Source of the DNA: the human T2T-CHM13v2.0 reference genome, Homo sapiens | Length of the DNA: 64,000 bases | Assembly (NCBI RefSeq): GCF_009914755.1 | Contig: NC_060926.1 | Strand: one strand, 5' to 3' | Shown here: piece by piece, positions 14,500 through 31,410 of the stretch | Position numbering within the stretch: the first letter of the stretch is position 1 | How the letters are laid out: each line of letters starts with the position of its first letter | Made by a program: the position numbers and the translations under genes | Notes under the pieces: model-generated | Seen by the model: the letters and a program-made list of their open reading frames with translations, nothing else | Database searches by the model: none | Told to the model about the DNA's origin: nothing

Positions 14500-16230
14500 T
14501 CCTTATTGGATAAACTCTTAAAGCACCATGCCCAAAGATTTACACGTGTGAATTCTATCAAGCTTTCAAAAACCAGATAATATCATGCCACATACTTTTC
14601 CCCAAACATAATAAATTTAGAATGTCTTTCAAATATTTTCTGCAGCAAGTATAATATTAATAACTAAAATGATTAAATAGCACAAAATAAAATTATAGCA
14701 ACAAAAATTTTACATAACGATAATAAAGATGTGCAAAATCTATATAAAGAAAACTTAAATTCTACAAAGCATACCAAATGTCAACTTGAACAAAATGGAA
14801 AGCTATCTCCTGTTTTGAGGTAAAATGACTTAACATTGTAGGAGTTAATTATTCCTATGTTTATATAATCCCAATAAAAATATTAGTTAGGGTTTTTGTG
14901 TTGTTTTGTATTGATTTATTCCATGAAAGTACACATGTTTATACTAAAGTTGTGATGAAAAGTGAAATATGTACGAACATCTAGGAAATCACTGGATGGA
15001 AAAGGCTATGAGGATGAATAAGTCACTACCAAGTATTGAAACATACTTAAACATAGCTTCAATGTGATACTAGCTCAAAAATAAGCAAAGAGACAAGGGA
15101 ATAGAATAGAAATTCAATAAATAGACTCAAATACAATGGAGTATTTAGTATATTACCAAAACTGACACCCCTAATCACTAGGAAATAGAATAATTTTCTG
15201 TTTGAATGAAAGGGGAAATAACTGTATAAGCCATTTTAAAAAGTGCACCTGTATCACATATAATATGGGTGTGCATTCATCATCACATGCAAGAGTGAAC
15301 TCCAACCAGACTGGAGATCTAGATGTAAGAAATAAATCTTAAAAATATTAGAAAATAACATGGTGTGTTTCTCTATATCACCATAAGGAAAATTTAAAAC
15401 AGATTAAAACTTTAAAAATGTAATATAAACATAGGTAAAAAAAAATCTCTCTAATATATAAGCATCTTTTAAGATGGAAAAAAATGAGGCCAAAATTTGA
15501 TAGAAAAAATATACAAGCAGAAAATTCATAAAAAGAATGTTAAAAGATATATGAAAATGGCTTGTAAACATATAGAAGGGTCTTCATTTTCACTTAATAC
15601 AAGAAAATAAAAGAAAGAAAACCAAAACTAGAATGAGATACAATATCTGATCTATCAGTTTGACAAAACAAAAAGTTGACAATATACTCTTTTGGCAAAA
15701 CTGTAATAAAACATTGATATTCTCATACACTGATGTCGGGAATATAATGTTGTGCAACTCCTGAGGGAAATTAGTCAATATCTTTAAAAAATACATATGA
15801 TTTTACCATTTGAACCAGCAATCCTACTGTCTAAGAATTTTCCCTGTGAGTAAATTTCCAGTAGTGTAGAAATACATCAGCACAGGGGTTATTTACTGTA
15901 GAATTATTTATGATACAAAAAATTAGATATAATTTAAATGCCCCCACACATGTTGAATACACTGTGGTCCATCCACACAACTGAGTACTAAGTAGCTATA
16001 TAAAAGAATACGTAGATATTTATAAATTTATATGTATTAATTTCTCAGATACCTTGTCAAGTGAAAAAACACAGTACAAAAGAGTATCCATATTATGTTA
16101 TATTTTTTATTAAAAGAGAGAGCATAAAAAATACACAGGTATTTGCTAAATTTTTGCAAAATGAAAATACAGAAAGGGCAAATCAGAAACTTATGAAATT
16201 TGTTACCTGTAGGGGTGCGTAGCCATGAGA
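14500..16230 (+). mobile_element. Ancient L1M (L1MC/L1ME-like) ORF2 end and 3' UTR, degraded
   Basis: AAGATGTGCAAAATCTATATAAAGAAAAC..., TTTGAACCAGCAATCCTACT..., A-rich strand bias; boundaries approximate. Confidence 0.6.
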
Positions 16231-16299
16231 AGGATGGAAGAGGGAATAACAAATCTGAGTTTTCTTCTTGAGTTACAGGTCTAACTAAGTCCAGCAAAC

Positions 16300-16440
16300 A
16301 ACTTCCTTTCCTTGCTCCTTCTGGCTTAGGTGTGTAGTAATCATTACCAGCCCCAGGTGCTTTCCTTTTCCTACTTGCACTTTTGCAAATGATCCCTTTA
16401 TTAAACTTTCCTCAACCACTCCTTTCGAGTAGCCCATCAA
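16300..16440 (+). mobile_element. LTR33-like 3' fragment
   Basis: CCAGCCCCAGG...TTTGCAAATGATCCCTTTATTAAACTTTCCTC. Confidence 0.4.
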
Positions 16441-16485
16441 TTAATTGACAAAAACTAAATTGAACATAAATATCTTATCTTTAAA

Positions 16486-16811
16486 ACACACACACTCACA
16501 CCCACATACACATACCACACACATATAAGAGATGGAGTCTCACTCTATAACCTAGACTGGAGTGTCGTAGTGAGATCATACCTCACAGCAGCCTTAAACT
16601 CCTGGGTTCAAGCAATCCTCCTGCCTCAGCCTCATGGGTAGCTGGGTCTATAGGCATGCAAAACCACATCCAAATAATTTTTAACTTTTTCGTAGAGATG
16701 GGGTCCTTGCTATATTTCCCAGACTGGGTTCAACCTCCTGGCCTCAAGTGATCATCCTATCTTGGTCTCGCAAGGTGCTGGGATTACAAGCGTGAGCCAC
16801 TGTATCCAGCT
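16486..16811 (-). mobile_element. AluJ whose tail region is a CA-rich tract
   Basis: GATCATACCTCACAGCAGCC, GCAATCCTCCTGCC and TGCTATATTTCCCAG J-type features. Confidence 0.85.
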
Positions 16812-19181
16812 TACAAAAACATATTTAATTTATCAATTATTTCTATATAATTCTCATTTTTGAGTGTTTATAGTTTTGATCTTCCTATCACTCTGTGTAG
16901 GATTGGTTGAGAAAAAAAGGCTGAAACTTATGTATCCCTTTTCTAGGATATTCCAGGCTTTGTGTAGTTACTTTGATTAGATTTCATGTCTAAGTTATTG
17001 AAGACTGAGGTAATGATATGACAGTGAGATTCTATTCTGCACTTAGGGTTAGTATTTTTTATTTTAATTTTAAAAAATTATAGAAATCTAGGAATGCTAG
17101 GAAACACGGGAGGCATATGCATGGTAGAAAATACTCTTAATTAAGAGTTAACTTATAAATTAATTAACTTAAGCGTATTGGAACACAGAAACACAAAACA
17201 GCACTAACGAAAAATAGAAGAATAAAAGAAAATTTAAATAACCATATTTTCAATATTTCTTATATCTTCTGATCCCTGTCTGAATATTTTACTTATACTT
17301 TTAATGCTCTATAATAGTCACCACAATAAATTCACCAAATATATATATATATATATTTAAATTCACATAGTTTACTTCACATTTTCTGCTAAGCCATTCA
17401 TTTTGTTTGGTTTTGTTTTATTTTAGATGAAATATTTTTAGTTTAATTGCTCCTGTGCATTGGTAGGGAATACATAATTTTCATACACAACCAATATAGA
17501 GTAAATGACCACATTAATCAGAAAACAGTATTCAAATCTATTTGGATATAAACCAATGTGATAAAAAATATAGATTTTCTAAAACTCATTCCCATTCTCA
17601 TTTCCATTCTAATTTTTTAACACAAAAGTGAATGAAATAATCTATATAATATCAGAATTGATGGCAAATATCAGCTCAAATTTAATTATAAAATATTGTT
17701 AATAAATTGGTGCATAAGTTCAATTTTAGTCTTCAAATAAAAATTCCAGGTTTTGAAGGTTATTCTGGAGAAGGAGTTTGGCACATTGGTAGGATAATAT
17801 TATTACAACAGTCTTTGCAAACAGCCAGTACCCTCTAGTGTACATTATTAATAAAACACTCAACAAAAATGAACAATATTGCCTTTCTCCTTAACGATTA
17901 CCATTTATCTACACTGTGTGTTTGTTTTAGTATTTTCAAACATGTAATCAAGCAACGATTACCTAGTGAAATGATGAAACACACTGATTATAAATACTTC
18001 TTAACCATGGTGCAATCCATAGGAGTCCATTCCTTGGTACAGAGCTGTAATTCTTATTCATGTTCATGTCAGTTGCAAATTTATATTGATGGAAGAATTA
18101 GGCCTCAAAGTAGTTCTTATTCTAAAACTCTGTCACTGATTATTGATTTAACTGACATTTAAACCATCATAGCATGTCACAAACATACACAAATCCTTAC
18201 ATATTCTTGTCAAAGTCAATGAAAAATTAAGTACAGAAAGCAATTTAAAAAATATGAAGTAGAATATTACATTAAAGCAGCTGCTTCCAGGAATCATCTG
18301 GATTAACCAACATTCCTATTATTTCTGACATAAAGTCTGGAAGCCTAATTGTGCACTTTGGGACATCCTCAACACTACCCAGATGCTATAGCTAGTGAAT
18401 AATGAAATATTTTTCTGATTTCAATATTAAGCAATTGCTCTCAAGTTCACACTGGCTGTCCTATATAAACTAGCACAAGACAATCAAATAACATACAGGA
18501 TTTGCACATTTGGGACTGGAAAAGAGGCACATGCAATCCAACAAGAAATATCAGTTTCTTAATTTATTGTAAGAGTCAAGGAGCATTGGTCTTGAGATCA
18601 TTATTTTACAAAACAAAAATCCCAACGGTGTCAAAGTAGTTTACCAGTTAATATGCTCAGCTATTTGCGCTTTACTGTAACAATTACATTTTCTGGTCAT
18701 TATGTAGGAAGGGTAATATTTCAACAGCAAATTTGTTTTCAGAACAAATTAAGCAGTACTAAGAATGTAGATTTATCACCTGAAGGAAACGACTATTTAT
18801 TTTTTTGCATTTAAACAGAAAACTGTACAGTGGAGTACTTTCATAAAAGAATGTAGCATATGCCCAATTTACATTTTTAGTTAAATAACTACAATTATTT
18901 TTAAGAAAAACTTGATAAGTTAGAAGCCATTGTTTAAATGCTTCTAACTGAGAAATAGATTTGAGAAAATAGATTGAGTAAAGAAAAATAAGAAAACTTC
19001 TTTGATAATAAAACTGTATCAATGCAGATTCCTGAACTTAAAGAGCAAAAAAAAAATGCTAAAATTAAATGTTAAGATTGTATTGTGGTCCTTTGTTAAG
19101 TAATTTTCCTATGCAGCATAAGGACTTGGAAAAAAATATTAGATTTTAACAGTTGTTAGAGTGTGTGCTCAGAGCTGAAAG

Positions 19182-19184
<3 letters not shown>

Positions 19185-19226
<42 letters not shown>
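19185..19226. repeat. (CA)21 microsatellite
   Basis: Uninterrupted CA run. Confidence 0.97.
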
Positions 19227-19234
<8 letters not shown>

Positions 19235-19874
19235 AAGGTACCCACTTCTCCAGCTCTTAATCCTTAGGCTAGTCAGATAGGAATAATGCCTGTATGAAAA
19301 ACAAACAGAAAAAGAGACAATTGGAGAATGAAAAATCTCAAAATAGTTTTCTGTGTAATTATGTCCTAGTAGTTTCTGGAAAGATGAGGGGAAAGGAAAT
19401 CAAAATGAAATGAATCTTTAAGGTTAGATAAGACATTTTGGAGCTTGCTAAATAAATCAGAAAAATATTATAATATGAGTAATCATATCACTTTATGTAA
19501 TAAAGGGATATTTTCATTTCACTTTGCTTCTATTTTTCACCTTCTTTAAATTTGTATTAAAAGTTACACATCTCTCAGAAATCAATGTAAAGAAATGACA
19601 AAATTATGTGAATATGAAATATATAATAGCAAATGTACAAGGGTAAATGTCCATTTCTGTCAGAAATGATTAGTAGCTTCCACTTTTTTTTATGATTGCA
19701 GACCTCTGTAAAATGATTCATGCAATGGCTTGAGGAAATTTTATTTCTCACTTCATATTGAAGAAATGGAAAAAAATAAAACTTTTGAAAGAAAAAAAGT
19801 AATGATATCTTCAAATAGTTACATCTCTATATTGGAGAAGAGAAGATTTGAATTAATAACCTTTGGTTTTATGA

Positions 19875-20202
<328 letters not shown>

Positions 20203-20480
20203 AAAAAAATAATAATACTTTTTTGTATTTTCCTAATTATCATTTGGCTCACTGTAGAAAAGGGGTAAGGGCAGAATATTCTCTAAAACAGTTCCTTCAA
20301 AAAACCCACCAGGTTCTCATTTCAGTCTGTGAAATCAACTTAAGTTGATTTGAAATTGCTAATGTTCAATGTTTTTTTTAAAGCATTGCTGAGATAGTTT
20401 TATCTGGTATTACAAAAGGTTCATTTTTCAATTTTATCATTCTTGCTGCACTTGTTAGCTTTGATTCTTCTAAAACTAAC

Positions 20481-21164
<684 letters not shown>

Positions 21165-21365
21165 CTATTTTTCCCTCATAAGCTATTTGCTTATCCTGAA
21201 ACATGATCTTTAGATGGGAGGAAAATAAATATTGTATTCTTTCCCTTTATGTATCAATTTTCAGGAAATGACCTTGTATTCTGGCAACCTCCAAAAGGGA
21301 CTAGTAGTATCACTAGGAACTCACAGCTTATTATACTTTGCTATATTTCAATCCATTGTATCTAT

Positions 21366-21622
21366 TCTTCTTTTTTAAGTTTATTTTTTATTTTAGATTT
21401 AGAAGGTACACGTGCAGATTTGTTACATGGGTGTACTACATGATGCTGAGGTTTGGGCTTCTAATGATCCTGTCACCTAAGTAGTGAACATAGTACCCAA
21501 CAGGTAGTTTTTCAACCTGTGTTCCCCTCTGTCTTTCTCCCTTTTAGAATCTCCAATGTCATTTCTTCCCATCTTTGTTTCTGTGTATACCCAATGTTTA
21601 GCTCCCATTTACAAGTGAGAAC
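21366..21622 (-). mobile_element. L1PA15/16-like 3' end
   Basis: GGTACACGTGCAGATTTGTTACATGGGT...GATGCTGAGGTTTGGG...TTTAGCTCCCATTTACAAGTGAGAAC. Confidence 0.8.
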
Positions 21623-23407
21623 TAATGTTCAATTTTTTGACCCTAAAAAAATAGCAGTTATATGGCTCAATCTAATAATTAATATATCATGCAAATATAT
21701 AATATGACTAGAAAGTTGGTTTGTGTAGTGTTTTTGTATTTAGCAACTAAACTAAAAATTATAACTATTTACTGGAGAAATTCTATGAATTTAGTGCTAA
21801 AATATTCACATATAGAAAAAAATCAATCTTAGACCTTTTCTGCTGGTAGATAAAACTGCATAGATGCCTGTGGATGCTTCTGCATCATAACCTTTTCACT
21901 TGCCCAGACACAGGTCTTTACAACTACAGCTTATTTTGGAAATGAATTGACCTCTGGGAGTCAAGGGGTGAAGCAATATTTTGTTAGGAGTATTCTTCTT
22001 CCCAATGTCAGGCAAGATGACAATTTAAGAGCAAAAATAGATTATCTTTTAAAAAGATGTGTTATTTATAGCTATATCCTTTATCTTATTTTTTAAAGCT
22101 TTAAAAATGCCCTTTAAAATCTTCAACCATGTCTCATTGTAAATATTAAATGAGAAAATACTTAGTCTTATCATTTCAAATTACATTTTAACTGTTCTAA
22201 TTCCAGATAATGACAAATGTGTTTCATCCTGAAGGAAGATTATGAGATCTTCCAAAAGACTATATGTTGCTTTTTGACAGGCTTTAAATGGTTTATAATC
22301 TATTTCTTCAAAACATGGAAAGAATCATTATTCTAGAACTTCACAGAACAAATAAAATGAAAATATAGGGTAAAGATAGTTAGACACAGTAAAACAAACA
22401 AATGTATTAAAAGTAAAAATTTGGATTAATATCTCTTAATATCATGATAAAAATTATATTTTTAATTCTAAAAACATTAAAACATTAATGAAGGAGGTAA
22501 AAATTTTTGAATGATTATTATATTACTGTGAATAAAAATATTGACTCCATGAGTTACAAAAAAACAAACCTGAAGTGGTTTTTTGTATAAGAGAAGTTTT
22601 CATCCTACAATTTCACTTAAGTTGCTAGCTTTTTACCTAACAAAGACCTGTATAACATCTTACTGCAAATTAAATAACCTTAATCATTTTATGTGGGACA
22701 TCCTAACACCATGTGAGATATGTTTTGTTATTACTATTTATTTACTATTAAGAAAATATTTTTATGGTTGATATATGTAACCACATAAGTTAAAATGTAT
22801 TTATTACCATCTATACATTAAACCAGGTTAAATAATAAGAGACATGTTTCAAAGAATTAGCATCATATAAAATAAAAAGCATAACATAGGTTTAGGGAAG
22901 GGGAAAAAAGCCATACCAATTAAATATCTATTTAGAGAAATATCCCATAGGTATGCAAAATACACACACAAGGGTATTTGTTGGTTTTGTAAATAACAGC
23001 AAAAATCATAAGTAAAATCATTGCCCACTAGTAGGCAAATAATACATAAAATATAATTTCATTAATACTATATAATATTATGGAGCCATTACATTGAATA
23101 GAATGCTGTCAGTAAAGAATCTTTAAGAATTAACGTCCAGTGAAAAGAACATGTAGCAAATAGTAGACATTCATCCAGCAAGTATTTATTGCACCTATAT
23201 ACTATGTTCCAAGTGCTGTTCTGGCCTCTAGTGTCTCATTTATTTTAGAACTGAAACAAAAACAAAATTAGTTTCTGTGTTCTTTTCTATGTATATACAT
23301 AGATTTTAAATTGACTGTAAAAGAGTCTGGAAGAAAGCAAAAAGAAGTTATTTTTGAGAAGCAGAGAAAGTGAGATTGTGATGAGAGAGATCAAATGAAA
23401 TTTTGTA

Positions 23408-23729
23408 CAGCGGTGCTCCATATCCAGCAGTCCACATTGAAGATTCAACCAAAAGTGAATCAAAAATATTCAAAAAATTAAAAATAATGATATAACAATA
23501 AAAATAATACAAACCAAAACACAATACAGTACAACATCTGCTAACCTAGTATTTACATTGTATTAGGAATTATAAGTAATGTAGAGACAATTCAAACTAC
23601 ATATGGGAGGCTATGCATAGATTATTTGCAAATACTTCACCATTTTATATAAGGTTCTTGAACATGCACAGAATTTGGTATTTGTGGGAGTTCTGGAACC
23701 AATCACCTGTGGATACAAAGGGATGACTA
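23408..23729 (-). mobile_element. MER2 (TcMar-Tigger MITE)
   Basis: GATTCAACC, TTTACATTGTATTAGG..TTATAAGTAAT, GCAAATACT and TGGAACCAATC...GGATAC..AGGGATGACT match the MER2 layout. Confidence 0.75.
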
Positions 23730-23771
23730 TTTCTGTATTGCTTAACTTTTGATTTTCAAGTTTTCTAACTT

Positions 23772-24315
23772 GTGTGAGTAGTTGCATAAAGCATAAAGTT
23801 TACTGCTAGATTGTCAGTCCCCAAATCATTATGTGGCAAACAGATGCACGTCAGGGTCAGTAACTAATCATGGCACTTCTTTCAAAGTGTGCCAGTGAAT
23901 GGCCACTGCATCTGTTATTCAGTTCAGGCATACACAGCAAGACCTGTAGTTGTACTAACTCTTTGTCTGAAGTGATGAACCTGTATGGCAGTCACAAAAA
24001 TGGATAATAGAATGAGACAATTGCCCCATAAAGACGAAAACACAGCAAATAAATGAAACTATAATGGTGTAAGAAACATGAATGAAATGTAAAGAAAGAT
24101 ACAGAAGAAAAAGCTGATCATGGGCATGTTGATGCTGCCACTGTTCTAGAGATTATATACATATCCAGCTAGAAGATCTTACTGAGAGCAAATTTAGAGA
24201 CATAATAAGGAAAACGGTTGCAAAGAAAAGATAAAGATATTCCAGAGAAAGTAAAAATGCAAAGCAAAAATGTTCACGTTAAAGGAACCCTCAGAGATAT
24301 GTTACAATATTAAAA
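23772..24315 (+). mobile_element. Tigger-type DNA transposon fragment (Tigger6a-like; name uncertain), copy A
   Basis: CACTTCTTTCAAAG...TTATTCAGTTCA...ACAAAAATGGATAA...AAAGGAACCCTCAGAGATAT; homologous, in inverted orientation, to about 56290-56840. Confidence 0.65.
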
Positions 24316-24520
24316 AGGGCCAAATTCAACCCTGGGCCTGTTTTTATATGATCTGTAAGCCAAGAATTAAGAAAAAAAAAACTTACATTTTTGATGGATT
24401 GCACAAGATGAAAGAGGAGGAAGAGAAAGAGAAGAGCTAGAGATACAAAGATTGCATGTGGTCTGCAAATCTTAAAACATTTGCTATTTGGCCTTTTACA
24501 GAAAAATTTGGGGGGCCCTG
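24316..24520 (+). mobile_element. MER58 (hAT-Charlie) MITE, 5'-truncated
   Basis: GGGCCAAAT...CCTGTTTTT...TGTGGTCTGCAAA...TGGCCTTTTACAGAAAAATTTG...CCCTG. Confidence 0.7.
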
Positions 24521-25696
24521 CTTCAGAATAATGGACATCAATAATAAAGTAAAAAGGAGAAAAACTTGTTAATTGACTTGAGAATCATGTCACAAAAGGA
24601 CTTAGATGGCAATGTAAATAATTTTTACGCTTCTTAAGCAGCAAGAGACGGTTGAATTATATTTAATAGCCTCTTGAAGGAAAGTTATGGAGGGTCTCTA
24701 CAGAGTCACTGCATGATGAGACTCCTAGGTTTGCATGCTTGTTGAGAGCATTTCAAACCCAGATATGTATGCCTATACTGTCCTTACAGATCTTCATGAT
24801 CCTTGTAGTGGCCAGAAACATCACTCAGAGGTTCACATTCTAACATATTTCTGCCTAAAGCTAGATGTCTTTCTTAACTTGAAAATCCTTGATTTTATAA
24901 GGTGAATTCATTGCATTCATTGCCAATGTGATATATTATTTTCAAGGAAATGGACACTATATTTGGCAGTGGTGATGCCAAAGGCCCAGACACATACAAT
25001 TTAGTCTGGTAAATTTTCACTTCTCTAGGAGTATATGTAAGTTTCAAAGATAACCAAAACAAAATCTTAAGTGGACTATTAAATAAGCCACACAGAAATG
25101 CGTTGTGCTCATAATATTTTATAAGATAAGTTTATCTTTAGAGCAGTTTTAGAGAAATTACATCAATTACAGGGGAAATCCCTAAGCTAACTTGACAGAA
25201 GAGGCATTGTAGAATATTGGATGTAGATTTTCATAGCAAAGTCACTAATTGTAAGAGAAAATACAGAATAGTATTTACATATTCTAACACCTTATATTTT
25301 TAGCCTTAAGATAATTTTCATGTTTTATATGGACAGCCTTCTAAAACAGATGTTTTCAACCTCTTTCAGAAAAGATAAGAGACTTGAAATTTTGAAGATG
25401 GTTTGATGTGGACAAGGGAATAATTTCAATCTTGTCCTGAGCAGTAGACTTTAAACACTGACCGACTGCTGCTCTGATTAACCTCTAGAGTATGACTCCA
25501 TTCTCATAGAAGTAAATGTGGAGAGTTTAGGGTTTGTAAATTGGCAACATTTTTTTTCTGAAACAAAGAAATAAACCCCTGATTTTTTGATATTTTCTTA
25601 CTGATTCCCCACATAAACCACTGTATTATGTGACTAAGGTTGCATTTTAAACATTTCAAACTGGTAGCAGATTATGGGTTAAGAAAGGAAGGTACA

Positions 25697-26921
<1,225 letters not shown>

Positions 26922-26988
26922 ACAGGCGTGAGCCACCGCACCTCCCCCCTTTTTTTTAGAAGAAATAAAATTTAAAAGGAAAAAAAGA

Positions 26989-27331
<343 letters not shown>

Positions 27332-27656
27332 GGTATGCAGGAGGCCATAACTCCAGAGATGAGGAGGCCTAAGCACCAATTATCTTGGAGTATAAAGTCC
27401 TAAACTATTATAAAAGGGAGGGTGTGAACCATAATAACATCAACAGTAATAATTCTGCCATATAGTTTGACTGTTAAGTAGACAGAAATTTTAATCAACT
27501 GATGTGGAATACATATATACCTGCAAACACACACATAAAGGGACAGAAATATTTTTAAATACCGTACAATTGACACTGCTTTGTCAGATTTGGGCATTAT
27601 ATGGGGAATGCCACATTATAAAAATTAGTATACCTTATTTCTCAGAGTATTGAATC

Positions 27657-27856
27657 TTTTTTATAGATAAACAACTTCTGTCACCCAGGCTGGATGATCT
27701 TTCAAAACTTACTGCAGCCTCATACTCCTTGGTTCAGGTGATCCTACTGCCTGAGCCTCCTGAGTAACTGAAACAACAGGGGCACATCACTATATCCGGC
27801 TAATTTTTTATTTTTATTTTTCTGTAAAGACAGATTGGGCTTTCCTTCCCAGGCTG
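27657..27856 (-). mobile_element. 5'-truncated AluJ
   Basis: Degenerate right arm and linker; TSD approximately TCAGAGTATTGAATCT / TCAGAGTATTTGTATCT. Confidence 0.7.
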
Positions 27857-27880
27857 TCAGAGTATTTGTATCTCAAGTTT

Positions 27881-27903
27881 TTGTTGTTGTTGTTGTTGTT
27901 GTT
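27881..27903. repeat. (GTT)n microsatellite
   Basis: TTGTTGTTGTTGTTGTTGTTGTT. Confidence 0.9.
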
Positions 27904-29484
27904 TATGTTTTGCAATTTTTGAGTTGAGTTTGTTTGCCTTCGAGATATCAAAACAGATAAAAACTTCCCCCTTTTAATAATTTAATCTTTGTAACATTTC
28001 ACAAGCTGTAATAACTTCTCGTTACAATGGATATGATAGCATTTCTTTTGTGTTCCTGATATTGCTAAAGAGACACCTGATTGTTTCCAAAACTGAAGTG
28101 CTTTAAATGAGAAAATACTATAATAAAATGATCACTTTTCAACCCTAAAAGAAATAAAACTTCAGAAGATAATATGGGTTCAAAAAGAAAATATCAGAAG
28201 GAAATTAGTAAAATAACTATCAAGATATAGGAAAAATAATTCATCTGAAATTTTTATTCAAGCAAAATTAATACAAACATTTATATTCTAAAAATGTGTC
28301 CTGTCATTTAGGACAATCAAAGAAGATAAGAACCAGATATTCTTAGCTTGGTGGAGATTGTATGATTCAATGGAAACTCCTTTTGATTGCTAACCTAAAC
28401 TGGAAATTTAGGGAGTGCCATATCAAAGTGATACAAAGGGATGACAACTTTTTGAGATAAGTGAGAAGTAATTCCTGAAAGGTTAGGCAAAGCAAAAGAA
28501 AATATACAAGTGGTAAATTTAAAGTTTTGTCAGTAAATGGATTAGAAAAGCCAGAAAAACTATAAATGTGAGAATGAAGGAAAGACACAGGTTCTATTGG
28601 GAAGAACATTGTATTCTGTGATTAGAGGAAGCAGTGTATCCAAACAACAAAATAGAATAAAGATCATAAGTGAGAAGCTAGTTGTCTCTTTTCCTAGACT
28701 CAGATATACAATTGTATATAAATAAATGCATAGCACACACAGTATATCAGGTACCTACTATAAACCAGATGATTATTTCATTGGTAGAATTCATGTTATC
28801 CACCACTAAATGACTCATTTAACATCAAATAGCCTAAATTCAGGCATCTCTTAAATCCCATATTAGTTTCATTGCAAGCAACAAAGATCCAAACCAAAAT
28901 AATTTGATCATAAAGAATTTCATGTAATAAAAATAATAAAAAAGACAACTGCAGCTTGATGTAGATGGCCAATGAGGCTACTTATGTCTTGGCTTACAGA
29001 CTCTCCCTTTGCAGAATGTTTGCAAGATCTCCAGCCCTTACTTGCCATCTAGTTCATATGTCATGGGGAAGAAGTTCTGACTCTGTTCCATAATTCCAAG
29101 CCAAATCTTGTAACTTTATGGCTCCAGTGAGAAACAGACCCTATACGGATATGATACACAGACGGGCTTAAGGTTGGGATGCATTCTTTCCACCTAAGCC
29201 AGGCCTCTCTCAGCTGAAATTCATTAACTTGGAGTTGAGCAGATAAAGATAAAAGGTCTCCAAATTAAACATACAGGTATTTTCCACATGAATAGGACAA
29301 TACTATAGCTCACTGGTAGGCATGGGAATGGGAAATTAAAATTAACTCCAATTTTGCTTTTCAAAGTTGCCGTGTTTCTGTGGTTATTAGAGTTTACCTT
29401 AATGGAAGTATATATCAGTTAATTGTTCTGGTTGTGGTGCTAACCTCAACTACATTTGTCACTTTGTAATAATGGTTTAAATTT

Positions 29485-29600
29485 CAGCAGGTTGTTAACA
29501 TCTAGATTTCCTTTCTGTAATATGAGGATCTTAAGAGTACCTATTTGATAAGGTTTTGTGATGCATAAATGAGGTATCATATGAAAACTCTTCACACGGA
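29485..29600 (+). mobile_element. MIR fragment
   Basis: TTTCCTTTCTGTAATATGAGGAT...AGTACCTA...GGTTTTGTGATG...AAATGAG. Confidence 0.55.
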
Positions 29601-30932
29601 AACTAACATATAGCATTTTCTCAATAGGAGATGACATGGAGAAGGGATAATTTAAACTCAGATAACTGTAAAAACCTGGAAAGAGATAAAAAAAAGCGTA
29701 AGTAGTTTGAACAAGCATGAAAAATGAAAGCATCAGGCAAGAAATTCTGCTTATAAATGTCTTCATCACAAAATGATTAATAGTTAAAAAAAAAACCTAA
29801 AAGAAAAACTAAGTGGTTTGTTCATGTAAAAGTCCAATAGCAAGAAAACAAATGTCAGTCAAGCTTAGAAAAACAAGAGTAAATTTTTTTTTCTGTTTAT
29901 ACTTAGTCCTGTCATTTCATACAATAGCTGCAAACGAACTAGATTCTAGTCATTTCATGATTAATTCATTATTTCAATAGTTTTTTTTTTTTTGGTGATT
30001 TGGGGGATTTACTAAATTGATCTATGATTGAACCTTTATCTACTAAAGAATCATTTCCATCAACCTCTATGCTATAGGAATGATATCTATGTTCACTGGG
30101 GAGGGTTGATTACATATGTGATGGGAACATCCAATGCTTATTTGGAATTAGTCCATGTTGAATTTCTTCTACTGTGGTATATAATTCCCACTGGGCCTGA
30201 GCTCGCGTCAATTCTTGAAGTTGAGTTACTGGTCACGCTATAGCACCTTCTCAATACATCTTCAAACCTGAACTCCTCTTGCCAGAAGTTTAGAGCTCTT
30301 TTTGGTCTAACTGTTTTCTCTTAAACCTTTCAGAACTTCCTGAAAACAATGGAAAACTTGGTTGACCTCTCTACACAACCCTGTGGTGCACAGGCCTGTG
30401 AGTCATCTCAGATCCTTTCTTCCCATACACTCTGGTAGCCATTGCTACTCTATTGCTTTTGTGCCACACTGAATGTCTCTACTAGGATTATAGCTTCCAA
30501 GCAGGTGACACTGGTAAGTGGTTGGATTCTGACCTATTTCAAGAATCTTCCTGTTACCTGATAGAGCACTCCAACAAAATTCTAATCGATGCAAAAACAG
30601 ATACACAGTGTTTGTTAAGGTTCTTTTGAGCTCTGATATTTTCTGTTTTTTCACATCTTTTCCCTCATCTATCTTTTTGTAATTCCAATGCTGTGTGATA
30701 TAACTTTGTTCATTTAATTCATTGTCAACTAAGTGTGATTAAGTCTTAATTGTTACAACTTTTCAACCTAGAGTATTTGAACCATAAAACATATATTTTG
30801 GCAATTTGGATTCTTTCTTAACTAACTTCATTAAATATTTTCAGAGTTTTTCCTATGTTCTAAACACACAGAAATGGTAGTACACCAAAAGAAGACAGCA
30901 ATACAATGATTACTATCAACAATTCAAAGCAC

Positions 30933-31010
30933 ACACATATATATATAAGCACATGCATATATATATAAGCACATGTGTATATATATGCACATATATACAT
31001 ATATATGCAT
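30933..31010. repeat. TA-rich minisatellite-like tract
   Basis: ATATATATAAGCACATG unit repeated twice, plus degenerate copies. Confidence 0.8.
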
Positions 31011-31264
31011 CTCAAGTTCAAGTAGAAAAGAGAAGTGCAACATTTTAAGATTAGATATTTATCACATGTAGCAGGTGCTATAAATCTAACCAGCCTAATA
31101 GAAGTCAGAAAATTATCAGGAAAGCTGTTTCCTCCTGCTTGTTGAAATTTAAGGCCACTTTCAATTTCTCTTAAATCATTTTGGTTGTTCAGCAAAATTT
31201 TCGTCTCCTAACACCTACCATTTTTCTCTTCTGCTGCTCCAGCTCATTTTACCTAACTGTAGAT

Positions 31265-31410
31265 GCAATTCAAAGTTTGATTATGGACTGGGAGCATCAG
31301 TATCACATGGGAATATTTTTCAAATGCAGAATCTCCAATCCCACCCCTCAGCTGCTGAATCAGAATCTTTAATTTCGGTATGATCCCGAAGTGATTCATA
31401 TGCATGTTAT
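31265..31410. mobile_element. MER5A (hAT-Charlie) fragment
   Basis: AGCATCAGTATCACATGGGA...AAATGCAGAATCTC...CCCACCCC...CTGAATCAGAATCT...GTGATTCATATGCA. Confidence 0.75.
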